This document shows, piece after piece, positions 36,901-44,351 of a DNA stretch of 64,000 nucleotides; the first letter of the stretch is position 1; each line of letters opens with the position of its first letter. Location: positions 4,586-68,585 of the forward strand of contig JAYVSL010000007.1 of the NCBI GenBank assembly GCA_043775355.1, given 5' to 3'. The DNA is from Planctomycetota bacterium (lineage in GTDB: Bacteria; Planctomycetota; UBA11346). Position numbers and translations under genes: made by a program. A model generated the notes under the pieces. It was given only the letters and a program-made list of their open reading frames with translations. It was not told the origin of the DNA and did no database searches.

Positions 36901-38582
36901 TCGCGCTGTCGCAACTGCCCGACGAGGGCGAAGATGATGTTACCATTCCAGAAGATCTCAGCCTGCAATTAGCCGCCAGTGGTCGCAAACTGGCAGAGGC
37001 CTTGCTCACCCGCCGTCATCAGATGACCAACTCCTTCAAACGCGCACAAGAAGATCAGAGTTCACTCAAGTCCCAATTAGAAAAATCGAGCACCGAAGTA
37101 ACAGAAGCTCAAAGCCGTCTGGATGAACAACAGTCTGCGCTACGCAGTAGCCAAGCCGAAGTCAAAGCGGTGCGTCACGAATTAATCATGCAGGGCAAGG
37201 ATCTAGCGACAAAAGTTCAAGAACTCACCAGCACGCGCGGTGATATCGCCAGCATTAAAGCAGAACTTGATGTTGCCGCTCAACGCGTTGAAGAACAAGA
37301 TCGCCGTTTACAGCAGGCCTCCGCCAAGTTGACCGAAACACAGCGTGAACAAGAACGCCTGCAACGCGAGCTTAACGAACAACAGCAACGTGCCGATGCA
37401 GCTGACCATGCACAACTGCAACTCGTCCAGGCTTTGCGTACGCTTACCAACCGCCAAGATTCATCACCGAGCGTCGCTCGCGCCCTCACTGACGCGGACA
37501 TGGCTGATCCACTCAGTAAAGCAGCGCAAAAGCTAGACATGGCCCACGCCGCTGGCCCTGAGCAATTAGCGATGGCTGGCCAAGCGTACGTTCAAGCGCT
37601 CAAAGATCGCGTACAAGGCATGGCAGAACGCCTCGATGAAACGCGTGGCGAACTGACCTCAACCAAGAGTAATGAAGGAAGTCTGCAAAACGATTTGGCT
37701 GCCATCCGTGCTGCCGTCGTTGATCGCGATCATCAAGTGAAGAACCTCGCTGAGGGAATTGAAAAAGCCAAAGCTGAGCAATCAGAATTGCTGAATCAGG
37801 TTATGGATCAACGTCGTCGCCACGACGCCGCAGCGGCCGAGCTGAAACAAGTTCGCGAAGAACTGCGTCAAGCTCAGGCTGAAGTCGCCGAATACCAAGC
37901 GCGTGATGGCGCCTCGTCCGGCCACTTTAGCAGCGATAACGGCCGCCTTCGTCAAGAAAACGAAAAGCAACGTCTCCAGCTGAGTCAATTTGAATCAACG
38001 CTCAGCGAGTTAAACCAAAAAGCAGAATCCGGCGAAGCGCGGCTGAAGGCCCAGCGCGACGAATTCACTCGCCGCCTCACCGAACGGGATGGCGTGATTC
38101 AGCAAAAGGATCGCCAACTCGACGAGCTAGCGGCTCAGCGCGGAGATACCAAGAGTTTGGAAGCACAAAACGCTGAGTTAGCGAAAGAAATACTCGCGGC
38201 CAATAATCGCATCAAAGAACTTGAAGGAGTTCATGGCGCTCATGCCGGCGTGACGGTCAAGAGTGGCGACTTGGCCCGCGAACTGAAACACCTGCAAGGT
38301 GAACGCGATCAATTGCGTGAAAAACTTCGCAAGCAAGAAGCCGACCTTGCGGATTCCATCAGCGTCACCGCTCAGCTCAAATCTCAGCTCGACGAGAAAC
38401 GCAAAGACGCTGATAGCACACTGAAGAAAGCACAGCAAGAAGCCAACGAAGAACGCGAGAAAACTAACGCCGCGCGTGAAGAATTCCGCAAACTGAAAGA
38501 AGAAGCCGTCGGCCTACGCGCACGTCTACGCCGCCTAACCGATACTAGCAACGGTCCATCGGGCGGCTTTAAAACCACCTGA
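33975..38582 (+). CDS. giant (1535 aa) coiled-coil-rich protein, function unknown
   Basis: A single uninterrupted ORF. The composition is strongly E/Q/A/L/R/K-rich and heptad-like throughout. I saw no TM segment and no Walker A motif. It has its own terminators upstream and downstream. Confidence 0.85.
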   Translation: MPKSVNPDSSIQDLSKSLGQLGESTTAAELVRTKGQSKKLKVITEKQLMEWVNTVISRHMIGKVDSISDQEKEEMLKKVQDELAKRIKREQETQAERDRMKADLDKAMAKVADVQANAASREQTDEAIDNLKKALEERELMIQELQQDKYEIEDQLAENRALASTTIAEKEVLGDRHKQAMKNYMLRANAMVEGVLGLDHQLYGGRHVDENPVPDEAADEEQFYHDYDVGAMIIDTLQTDLQRLRSIAQSAKQQDEKNANDPRMNLLEGDLKLLEQLKEGKLSAVDVAEPVEGLVEAMDGARTEAQQLEHTGKSALGTAAGREDALSSIPDTSSSEAAKVIAGTTNVAREMAAVMARGRQRMIALKEMADQADEARNTAEEELEGVRRSYHEVLTAIAERAKADKMHVPTALVDEDAPTDESRAKAQEIIKNIKGGADVAPLLTEQILLMDRLLGKDAGVRMAPPAKDAKEDELIARLREDSGAVERLVEEKTQALAAAQLREKSVAEDIRALAKNHTANISPEHRGDEQLDTCLIKLARALDDAQEPAQVGLAAQQVIGHLREQLAKAPTQLDLARLDSERSRLATQIGQSQRKIQQLESELTNAKGEVAAIQARGEAQRRAERDMASDLVRAAMGDDQLADSVTDLALASDAGDDLAVALREAVTGLTRRKQDLTEENHRLAGELTGLKNKSQDGDSRNAALQSEQTKLAKQVADAQHHTQELERDLSRARTDLDLMRQQAQEANSRRTTLEAERGKITAQLLSMEQRLINDESELTRARALLATMSTAVKNQGQLDLTVANELVAAAQGDPELSEIVTELAPILENTGPSHQPIDAATVTRQVAAGVVELARRKQALAEQTERLQQDANALKWQLKEANDRATELEGERDEMAASGKEIINHITQQKERTVQELEALKRSSNETLAKIARIEHRTATAETANRQLAEALSSLASMEKDQSDGNIEDKRVDLELALSQLPDEGEDDVTIPEDLSLQLAASGRKLAEALLTRRHQMTNSFKRAQEDQSSLKSQLEKSSTEVTEAQSRLDEQQSALRSSQAEVKAVRHELIMQGKDLATKVQELTSTRGDIASIKAELDVAAQRVEEQDRRLQQASAKLTETQREQERLQRELNEQQQRADAADHAQLQLVQALRTLTNRQDSSPSVARALTDADMADPLSKAAQKLDMAHAAGPEQLAMAGQAYVQALKDRVQGMAERLDETRGELTSTKSNEGSLQNDLAAIRAAVVDRDHQVKNLAEGIEKAKAEQSELLNQVMDQRRRHDAAAAELKQVREELRQAQAEVAEYQARDGASSGHFSSDNGRLRQENEKQRLQLSQFESTLSELNQKAESGEARLKAQRDEFTRRLTERDGVIQQKDRQLDELAAQRGDTKSLEAQNAELAKEILAANNRIKELEGVHGAHAGVTVKSGDLARELKHLQGERDQLREKLRKQEADLADSISVTAQLKSQLDEKRKDADSTLKKAQQEANEEREKTNAAREEFRKLKEEAVGLRARLRRLTDTSNGPSGGFKTT

Positions 38583-38608
38583 TCGACAACCATTCTTCGC
38601 ATATAAAT

Positions 38609-38648
38609 AAAAAGCGGCAGAGGATTTCCTCTGCCGCTTTGTTATTTT
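38609..38648. terminator. bidirectional rho-independent terminator between the coiled-coil gene (+) and frr (-)
   Basis: Stem gcggcagagg (38614-38623) pairs with cctctgccgc (38628-38637). An A-run lies upstream and tttgttatttt downstream. Confidence 0.75.
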
Positions 38649-38698
38649 GAGAATCGTTTCGTCACCACACGACTCGAAGCCAATAAAAGCCTGAATGC

Positions 38699-39259
38699 CT
38701 AGAACTTCAAAATGTCCTCGGTCTTTTCTTTCAATGCGCTCTCGGCCTTTACTTCGTATTGTTTCAGCAAGTCGCTGACTTTCTCGCTCGCCTTTTTGGT
38801 CGCGTCTTCCGGAAGTTTGTCGGCTTTACCCTTGGTCTCGACCGATTTAATCATGTCGCGACGCAAATTGCGCATCGAAACTTTGCATTTTTCAGCAGCT
38901 TCTTTGGCTTGCGCCGCTAACTGCTTGCGACGTTCACTCGACAACGGTGGCACTTGAAGACGGATAACCACGCCATCGCTTTGCGGCATCATTCCCAGTT
39001 GCGCTTCCATCAGCGCTTTCTCAATGGGCTTAATCATCGCTTTATCCCAGGGCTTAATCAGGATTTGAGCTGGTTCCGGCACGGTAAGTCCCGCGCATTG
39101 GGAAATTGGCATACGACTGCCGTAGGCATCAACCTGTACGTGTTCGATCATCGCCACGCTCGCACGACCTGTGCGAATGTGTTTAAATTCATGAGCCAGC
39201 GCTCCCAACGCTTTGTCAAATTTGGTGGTGCAGTCCTTGATCTCAGTATCAAAACTCAT
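38699..39259 (-). CDS. frr: ribosome recycling factor
   Basis: MSFDTEIKDCTTKFDKALGALAHEFKHIRTGRAS...PPLSSERRKQL is typical Frr. ATG (cat 39257-39259) is preceded by GAGGAG. Confidence 0.95.
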   Translation of the reverse strand: MSFDTEIKDCTTKFDKALGALAHEFKHIRTGRASVAMIEHVQVDAYGSRMPISQCAGLTVPEPAQILIKPWDKAMIKPIEKALMEAQLGMMPQSDGVVIRLQVPPLSSERRKQLAAQAKEAAEKCKVSMRNLRRDMIKSVETKGKADKLPEDATKKASEKVSDLLKQYEVKAESALKEKTEDILKF

Positions 39260-39293
39260 TGATGCTCCTCGGTAATGGGAAAGCGTAAAAAAC

Positions 39294-40028
39294 TCAGCGT
39301 GTCGGTAAACCAGATGGATCGCCAACCAATGTCCCAGGAGGATTCGGTCCCAAGGCAGCGGCAATGGCTCCTGAAACGGTCATATCAAATACCCGGATGG
39401 TGACGTGATGATCACGACAAATCGGAAAGGCGGTAGCATCCATTACCGCGTAACGGCCTTCAACCGCTTGATCAAAAGTGAGGAAATCAAAACGCTTCGC
39501 GTTGGGGACCTTTTTAGGGTCAGCAGTATAAATGCCGTCAACCTTGCTGCCTTTTAGCAATTCCGCAGCACCGATTTCCGTCGCGCGCAGAGCTGCTGTG
39601 GTATCCGTGGTGAAGAACGGATGACCGGTACCACCACCAAAAATGACGACCATACCACTGGTTAGCCAAGCCATCACTTGAGCACGATTATATTGATGAC
39701 AGACGTTAGGAATATGATGCGGAGCAACCACTTCAGCACGTCCGCCTTGACGTTCGATGCCTTCTTTCAGCGCCAAACTATTAATTAAGGTTGCGAGCAT
39801 GCCCATGTAATCGCCGCGCGTTGGATCGCCGGCATTACGGCCATGCATCTCAGAGCCGCGCATGATGTTTCCACCGCCAACCACCACGGCTATCGGACCA
39901 CGCTGTAAACCAGTGAGCAGTTCAGCGCAGACGCGTTCCACCGTCTGCCAATCTAGAATTCCTTCGCGACCTTGCAGCGCCTCACCAGATAATTTGAGCA
40001 GACGCGGACGTACGGGGGATGCTACCAT
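39294..40028 (-). CDS. pyrH: UMP kinase
   Basis: RLLKLSGEALQG...VVVGGGNIMRG...VVIFGGGTGHPFFTTDTTAALRA is typical PyrH. I prefer the start at MVASPVRPRLLKLSGE (40028). A GTG at 40100 is an alternative. Confidence 0.9.
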   Translation of the reverse strand: MVASPVRPRLLKLSGEALQGREGILDWQTVERVCAELLTGLQRGPIAVVVGGGNIMRGSEMHGRNAGDPTRGDYMGMLATLINSLALKEGIERQGGRAEVVAPHHIPNVCHQYNRAQVMAWLTSGMVVIFGGGTGHPFFTTDTTAALRATEIGAAELLKGSKVDGIYTADPKKVPNAKRFDFLTFDQAVEGRYAVMDATAFPICRDHHVTIRVFDMTVSGAIAAALGPNPPGTLVGDPSGLPTR

Positions 40029-40103
40029 GGGCGGGAATGATAAATCCAACTCACCGGGCGCAAGATGAGGTGCGCTCACCACGCTCACCGGCGCAGGCAC
40101 GAC

Positions 40104-41042
40104 TCAATGATCCAGCAAGACTTGTCCATCAGCGATGACTTTACCACGTACCGTTCGGCCATCGGTCTCTCGTCGTACGCTGATGCTCTCACCAATATGA
40201 CCGTCATTAAGCGCTGCACCCTTCGCCGTAAGTTGGAATCGTTCGGTGTTCACCAGCAATACGATCCCTTGTCCAGCTCGTACGTTCGGAGGCAACACGA
40301 TGACGGCGGCAGAAAGCGGCGTGCCCTCAGCAAGATCCATGCGCGCTTCATGACCAATGATTTCATTCGATGTCAGCGCTGCGGTACCTGCTCGATTCAC
40401 CGCCACGCGTTCAGTCCTGACATCACCAGCGCCAATGCGTTCCCCACGGCGCAATTGCCGTGATGCGACCATCATTTGGCGATGACGAACAACCCGCAGT
40501 GTCACTAATGCCCGAGCCACTTCGACTTCACCACGCATCAAGCGTACTTTAAATGGAATGTCACCGGTGCGACTCTGATCCAGCGGCTGAGCCACCATAG
40601 TCACTTCGCTACCTCCATCAGGAACCACCAGCACACCTGAAGAACGCAATGTAGTGATGACTATTTCGTCGCCATCGGCAACGATTGTCGCTCGCGCTGC
40701 CTGCACGATATCCGCCTCTGCGATCGTGCGTCCGCGACGTGCGACCCGACTGGTGCCGCTGACGATCAACGATGAGCCCAATCCGTGGCCAATCGCACGA
40801 CGGATCTCGCCCGCTTCGAGCTCGCGCTCGCGTAGATCCGGTAATTCCACCACGGGAAGATCGCGAATAACCGCAATCAACGCCGCATTGCCACTGAGTT
40901 CGGCCACCTCGCTCAACGTCGCGCGTTCGCTCGCCACTGATACCACAGGACGTAGCGTCACGGTGACTTCGCCAGCAGCTAACGACAAAAAAATCGCCGT
41001 AGCCATCACCGTCACCAGTAACCGTAACGCATGCCGCATCAA
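40104..41042 (-). CDS. flgA: flagellar basal-body P-ring formation chaperone FlgA
   Basis: Signal peptide, then a SAF-like region and the C-terminus VLLVNTERFQLTAKGAALNDGHIGESISVRRETDGRTVRGKVIADGQV typical of FlgA. It follows flgG. Confidence 0.8.
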   Translation of the reverse strand: MMRHALRLLVTVMATAIFLSLAAGEVTVTLRPVVSVASERATLSEVAELSGNAALIAVIRDLPVVELPDLRERELEAGEIRRAIGHGLGSSLIVSGTSRVARRGRTIAEADIVQAARATIVADGDEIVITTLRSSGVLVVPDGGSEVTMVAQPLDQSRTGDIPFKVRLMRGEVEVARALVTLRVVRHRQMMVASRQLRRGERIGAGDVRTERVAVNRAGTAALTSNEIIGHEARMDLAEGTPLSAAVIVLPPNVRAGQGIVLLVNTERFQLTAKGAALNDGHIGESISVRRETDGRTVRGKVIADGQVLLDH

Positions 41043-41043
41043 A

Positions 41044-41832
41044 TCACCGCACGATATCGTTAGCGGTACGCATCATTTCATCGCTGGTTTTAATGCTTTT
41101 CGAGTTCATTTCGTATGCTCGTTGCGCAACGATAAGATTGACCAATTCAGTAACGACTTCGACGTTGGCCTTCTCTAGCGCTCCCCCTCGAATGTTACCA
41201 AATCCGCTCTGTGCCGGATTACCAATTTCCGGGCTGCCAGACGCCGCGCTCTCTTGAAATAAGTTGCGACCAATCGCAAGTAAACCTGGTGGATTAATAA
41301 AACGAGTCAGCGTCAAGGTGCCGATGACCTGCGGATTGACCGTATTAGGCAACACGACACTGACTTCACCAGCGGGAGAGACGCTGTATTGAGTCGATCC
41401 CTGTGGAACCGTAATGTTCGGATTTACATATAATCCATCAGGAGAAACCAGTCTTCCATCCGCATCCGGTCGAAAATCACCCGCACGAGTGTACGCGCTG
41501 GTTCCATCATTGAGCGTGACCGCAAAGAAACCTTCGCCATCAATCGCCATATCGAATGGCGCGCCGGTTTCTTCGATATTGCCCGGAGTAAAAATGCGCG
41601 GCGTGCCGCTCAATCGTACGCCATTGCCGATCTGCGTCCCGGTCGGATTTCGACCCGCATCGCCATTCTTCACGCCCGGTGATGTCGGCGTATCATAAAA
41701 TAAATCCTGAAAATTAACCCGCTGGCGTTTGAAGCCGTTGGTGTTGACGTTGGCAATATTATTGGCGATCACATCGACATTGGTCTGCTGAGCGACCATG
41801 CCGTTGGCGCCGGTCCAGAGTGCACGTGGCAT
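41044..41832 (-). CDS. flgG: flagellar distal rod protein FlgG
   Basis: N-terminus ALWTGANGMVAQQTNVDVIANNIANVNTNGFK and C-terminus LEKANVEVVTELVNLIVAQRAYEMNSKSIKT. Confidence 0.9.
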   Translation of the reverse strand: MPRALWTGANGMVAQQTNVDVIANNIANVNTNGFKRQRVNFQDLFYDTPTSPGVKNGDAGRNPTGTQIGNGVRLSGTPRIFTPGNIEETGAPFDMAIDGEGFFAVTLNDGTSAYTRAGDFRPDADGRLVSPDGLYVNPNITVPQGSTQYSVSPAGEVSVVLPNTVNPQVIGTLTLTRFINPPGLLAIGRNLFQESAASGSPEIGNPAQSGFGNIRGGALEKANVEVVTELVNLIVAQRAYEMNSKSIKTSDEMMRTANDIVR

Positions 41833-41879
41833 AGAATCTCCTCAGGTTTGCGGTTTCAATAATGAGAGACGAATGAAAA

Positions 41880-42650
41880 TCACGAACCACCACGCAGAAG
41901 TTCACTCAAACTTCCGCCAATATTCGACTGTTCTTTCAGTGCGCGTTGAGCCGAGTCATAACGACGTTGAACCGCGATCATCGCAACCATTTGTTCCAGC
42001 GGCTCAAAATTGGCTTTTTCCAGATGACCTTGCGCGACTTGATAGCCGCTCGCATCACTGACGGCTTGCTCAGCAGGATCAAAATACTGACCATTGAGCG
42101 GTATTAATTGCTTGGTGTCGGCAACTTTGACGACGCGCAACTGATCGATCACAGCTTGTTGCGGAACACCATTTTGCAGGGTTTCCGCCATCACACGTCC
42201 CGTCTGATCAACCGTGACACGACGCGCATCCGGTGGAATCGTGATCGGCCCGCCTTGTCCTTCGAGCAACCAACCTTGCGGCGTCGCTAAACGCCCTTGC
42301 GCATCGGGAGTAAAATGTCCGGCACGAGTCAACAGGTTTCGTCCCTGATTGTCACGAACCCGATAAAATCCCTCTCCGCGTATGGCAAAATCATAGGGAG
42401 ACGATGTTGGCTCTAATTGGCCCTCAGCGAAATTGAAATAGCTGCCTGCTGGAAGGACACCGGCACCACCGTCACCGCCAATGCCTTCCGTATTGCCGTG
42501 AGCCCTTAACGTTTCCGCAAACGAATTTCGTCGCACTGACTCCTCGCGATAGCCTGCGGTCTGCTGATTCGCTAAATTCCGCGCATTGATTTCTTGCGCT
42601 CTGGTCTCGACGACCATCGCGCTGGCTGCGGCATAGATTCCCTTGGGCAT
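41880..42650 (-). CDS. flgF: flagellar proximal rod protein FlgF (rod-family paralogue)
   Basis: MPKGIYAAASAMVVETRAQEINARNLANQQTAGY...LEKANFEPLEQMVAMIAVQRRYDSAQ. ATG (cat 42648-42650) is preceded by GAGGAGG. Confidence 0.8.
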   Translation of the reverse strand: MPKGIYAAASAMVVETRAQEINARNLANQQTAGYREESVRRNSFAETLRAHGNTEGIGGDGGAGVLPAGSYFNFAEGQLEPTSSPYDFAIRGEGFYRVRDNQGRNLLTRAGHFTPDAQGRLATPQGWLLEGQGGPITIPPDARRVTVDQTGRVMAETLQNGVPQQAVIDQLRVVKVADTKQLIPLNGQYFDPAEQAVSDASGYQVAQGHLEKANFEPLEQMVAMIAVQRRYDSAQRALKEQSNIGGSLSELLRGGS

Positions 42651-42721
42651 GGTAGACCTCCTCATCCGGTGTGCAGGAAATGCACACGCCGCGTCTGCGA
42701 CCGACGGATATTGGGTCATTC

Positions 42722-42736
42722 GCAACCACAGTGCCA
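42722..42736 (-). promoter_or_regulatory. sigma-54 (-24/-12) promoter upstream of flgF-flgG-flgA
   Basis: The minus strand reads TGGCACtgtggTTGC, an exact consensus match. It lies about 72 nt upstream of the flgF ATG. Confidence 0.6.
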
Positions 42737-42745
42737 ACAACGCAA

Positions 42746-42769
42746 ACACCCAGGGAAAACCCTGGGTGT
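42746..42769 (-). terminator. hairpin terminator after rpsI
   Basis: Stem acacccaggg and ccctgggtgt with a 4-nt loop. On the minus strand it is followed by ttgcgttgtt, a modest U-tract. It lies between the rpsI stop and the sigma-54 promoter. Confidence 0.5.
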
Positions 42770-42829
42770 TGACGCGTTCTGAACAAAGGAGACCTGCGCA
42801 AAGGCTTTAGGCCGCTTGCGCGGACAGCT

Positions 42830-43225
42830 TTAGCGCTTGCTGAACTGGCAGCCACGACGTGCTTTACGCAGGCCGTACTTCTTACGTTCAACCATACGAC
42901 TGTCGCGGGTCATCAAACCATGACGACGAAGAGTGGCTTCAACCGCTGGTTCAGCTTTCGCCAAAGCGCGAGAAATGCCCAGAACGCAAGCGCCGACTTG
43001 GCCGGTCATTCCACCGCCGTCAACGTTGACGAATACATCGAAACGGCCAGCCGTTTCGGTGAGTTCCAACGGCTTACGCGCAAGTTTTTGCATACGATCG
43101 ACCGGGAAGTATTCTTCGATCTTGCGATCGTTGATCACTACCAAGCCACTGCCAGGAGCGAGGCGAACACGAGCAACGCTCGTCTTACGGCGACCCAAAC
43201 CCCAAATGTATTCCTTACCAGCCAT
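42830..43225 (-). CDS. rpsI: 30S ribosomal protein S9
   Basis: [22 protein letters not shown]...[25 protein letters not shown] is typical S9. ATG (cat 43223-43225) is preceded by GGAGA. Confidence 0.95.
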   Translation of the reverse strand: MAGKEYIWGLGRRKTSVARVRLAPGSGLVVINDRKIEEYFPVDRMQKLARKPLELTETAGRFDVFVNVDGGGMTGQVGACVLGISRALAKAEPAVEATLRRHGLMTRDSRMVERKKYGLRKARRGCQFSKR

Positions 43226-43336
43226 TGAAACGTATCTCCAGAGTTGATGACAGACCGCACGCCGAAGAAGCCGGCTTGGACGGAGGTTCGGACTGTATGG
43301 CGACCAAGCTTCCGTCAAGTCCAAGGCTGCGATTGA

Positions 43337-44215
43337 TCAACCGCCGTTCCAATGGAAGCCCCAGGCATTGTTACTACCGCCACCTGATGCCCCGATGTGC
43401 CACCCACCACCCGTGCCGCAATAGGGCGGACGACCAGTTGGATAGCCTGGATACACCGGATAAATTTGACGGTAGCCCGTACAAATACCACCAAAGCGAC
43501 CACCATAAAGCGTATGGTACGACGAACGGTAGTACCCGCTGGAGTAGGTTTCTGGGTAAAGGCTAGCGCTCGCATTTGCCGCATTTTCAGCGGCCACGGC
43601 AGCCGAAATTCGCGCAAGACGACGTTGTTCGTCATGTTCTTTGCGCGCGAGCACTTGCTCTTCACGTCGCCGAACTTCGTCGGCCAAAGCCTGCTCCTGC
43701 GCCGCCCAGGTCATCCACGATCCATGTGAAAAGACTTCACCGCGCGCTGTTGCTGCTTCGTTCGCACGCATCCAGACACCGTGAGATAGGCTCATCCCTA
43801 ACAGTTTGCGGGCATCGAGATGTTGACGATCGATCTGCACGACATGGGTCGCAAGTTCCTTGGCTGTTGCGTTTTCACCACGTTCTTGCATCTGTCGTGC
43901 AAGATTCCACCACTCGGAAGCCGTCGCATCGTTACGCTTCGTTAAAGCAGCGGCTTGCTGATTGATTTCATTAATAAAGAGTTGGCGCTGAGAAACGCCG
44001 TAAACGATCCGTTGTACTTTCGCTTTTGGGATGTGTTGAACAGCAACGAGGTTGCCGGAACTCACGCGTATATCTACGGTATCTGCATCAGCCGATGAAA
44101 TAACGTCGCCATCAATAATACGACCATCACTGAGATAGATCTCATCCCCCTGGGCGGAACCAAAGGCCAAGAAAGTAACCAGCACAGCAAAACATGAGCG
44201 GTGAACCTTGTTCAT
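43337..44215 (-). CDS. secreted hypothetical protein with a Gly/Tyr/Pro-rich C-terminus
   Basis: Signal peptide MNKVHRSCFAVLVTFLAFGSAQG, a helical Arg/Glu-rich middle, and the low-complexity tail YPETYSSGYYRSSYHTLYGGRFGG...GGGWHIGASGGGSNNAWGFHWNGG. Confidence 0.6.
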   Translation of the reverse strand: MNKVHRSCFAVLVTFLAFGSAQGDEIYLSDGRIIDGDVISSADADTVDIRVSSGNLVAVQHIPKAKVQRIVYGVSQRQLFINEINQQAAALTKRNDATASEWWNLARQMQERGENATAKELATHVVQIDRQHLDARKLLGMSLSHGVWMRANEAATARGEVFSHGSWMTWAAQEQALADEVRRREEQVLARKEHDEQRRLARISAAVAAENAANASASLYPETYSSGYYRSSYHTLYGGRFGGICTGYRQIYPVYPGYPTGRPPYCGTGGGWHIGASGGGSNNAWGFHWNGG

Positions 44216-44351
44216 GACTGGTCCTTGTGGCGAATGGTATTGATGACTTTGACAGAATTGATTTTACGCAGGAGGCCAAAAGCCAAATCCATGATGGTTG
44301 TACTTGACGTTTGTAACAATCACCTCTAAGGTAACTAGCTAAATTATCCAC

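Noticed and set aside
34014-38602. Dozens of 60-130-aa ORFs in other frames and on the other strand across the coiled-coil gene.
   Set aside because: They are artefacts of the biased, repetitive codon usage (GAA/CAG/GCC/CTG-rich) of the single 4.6-kb ORF. None has a start context or motif, and all are nested in the long ORF.
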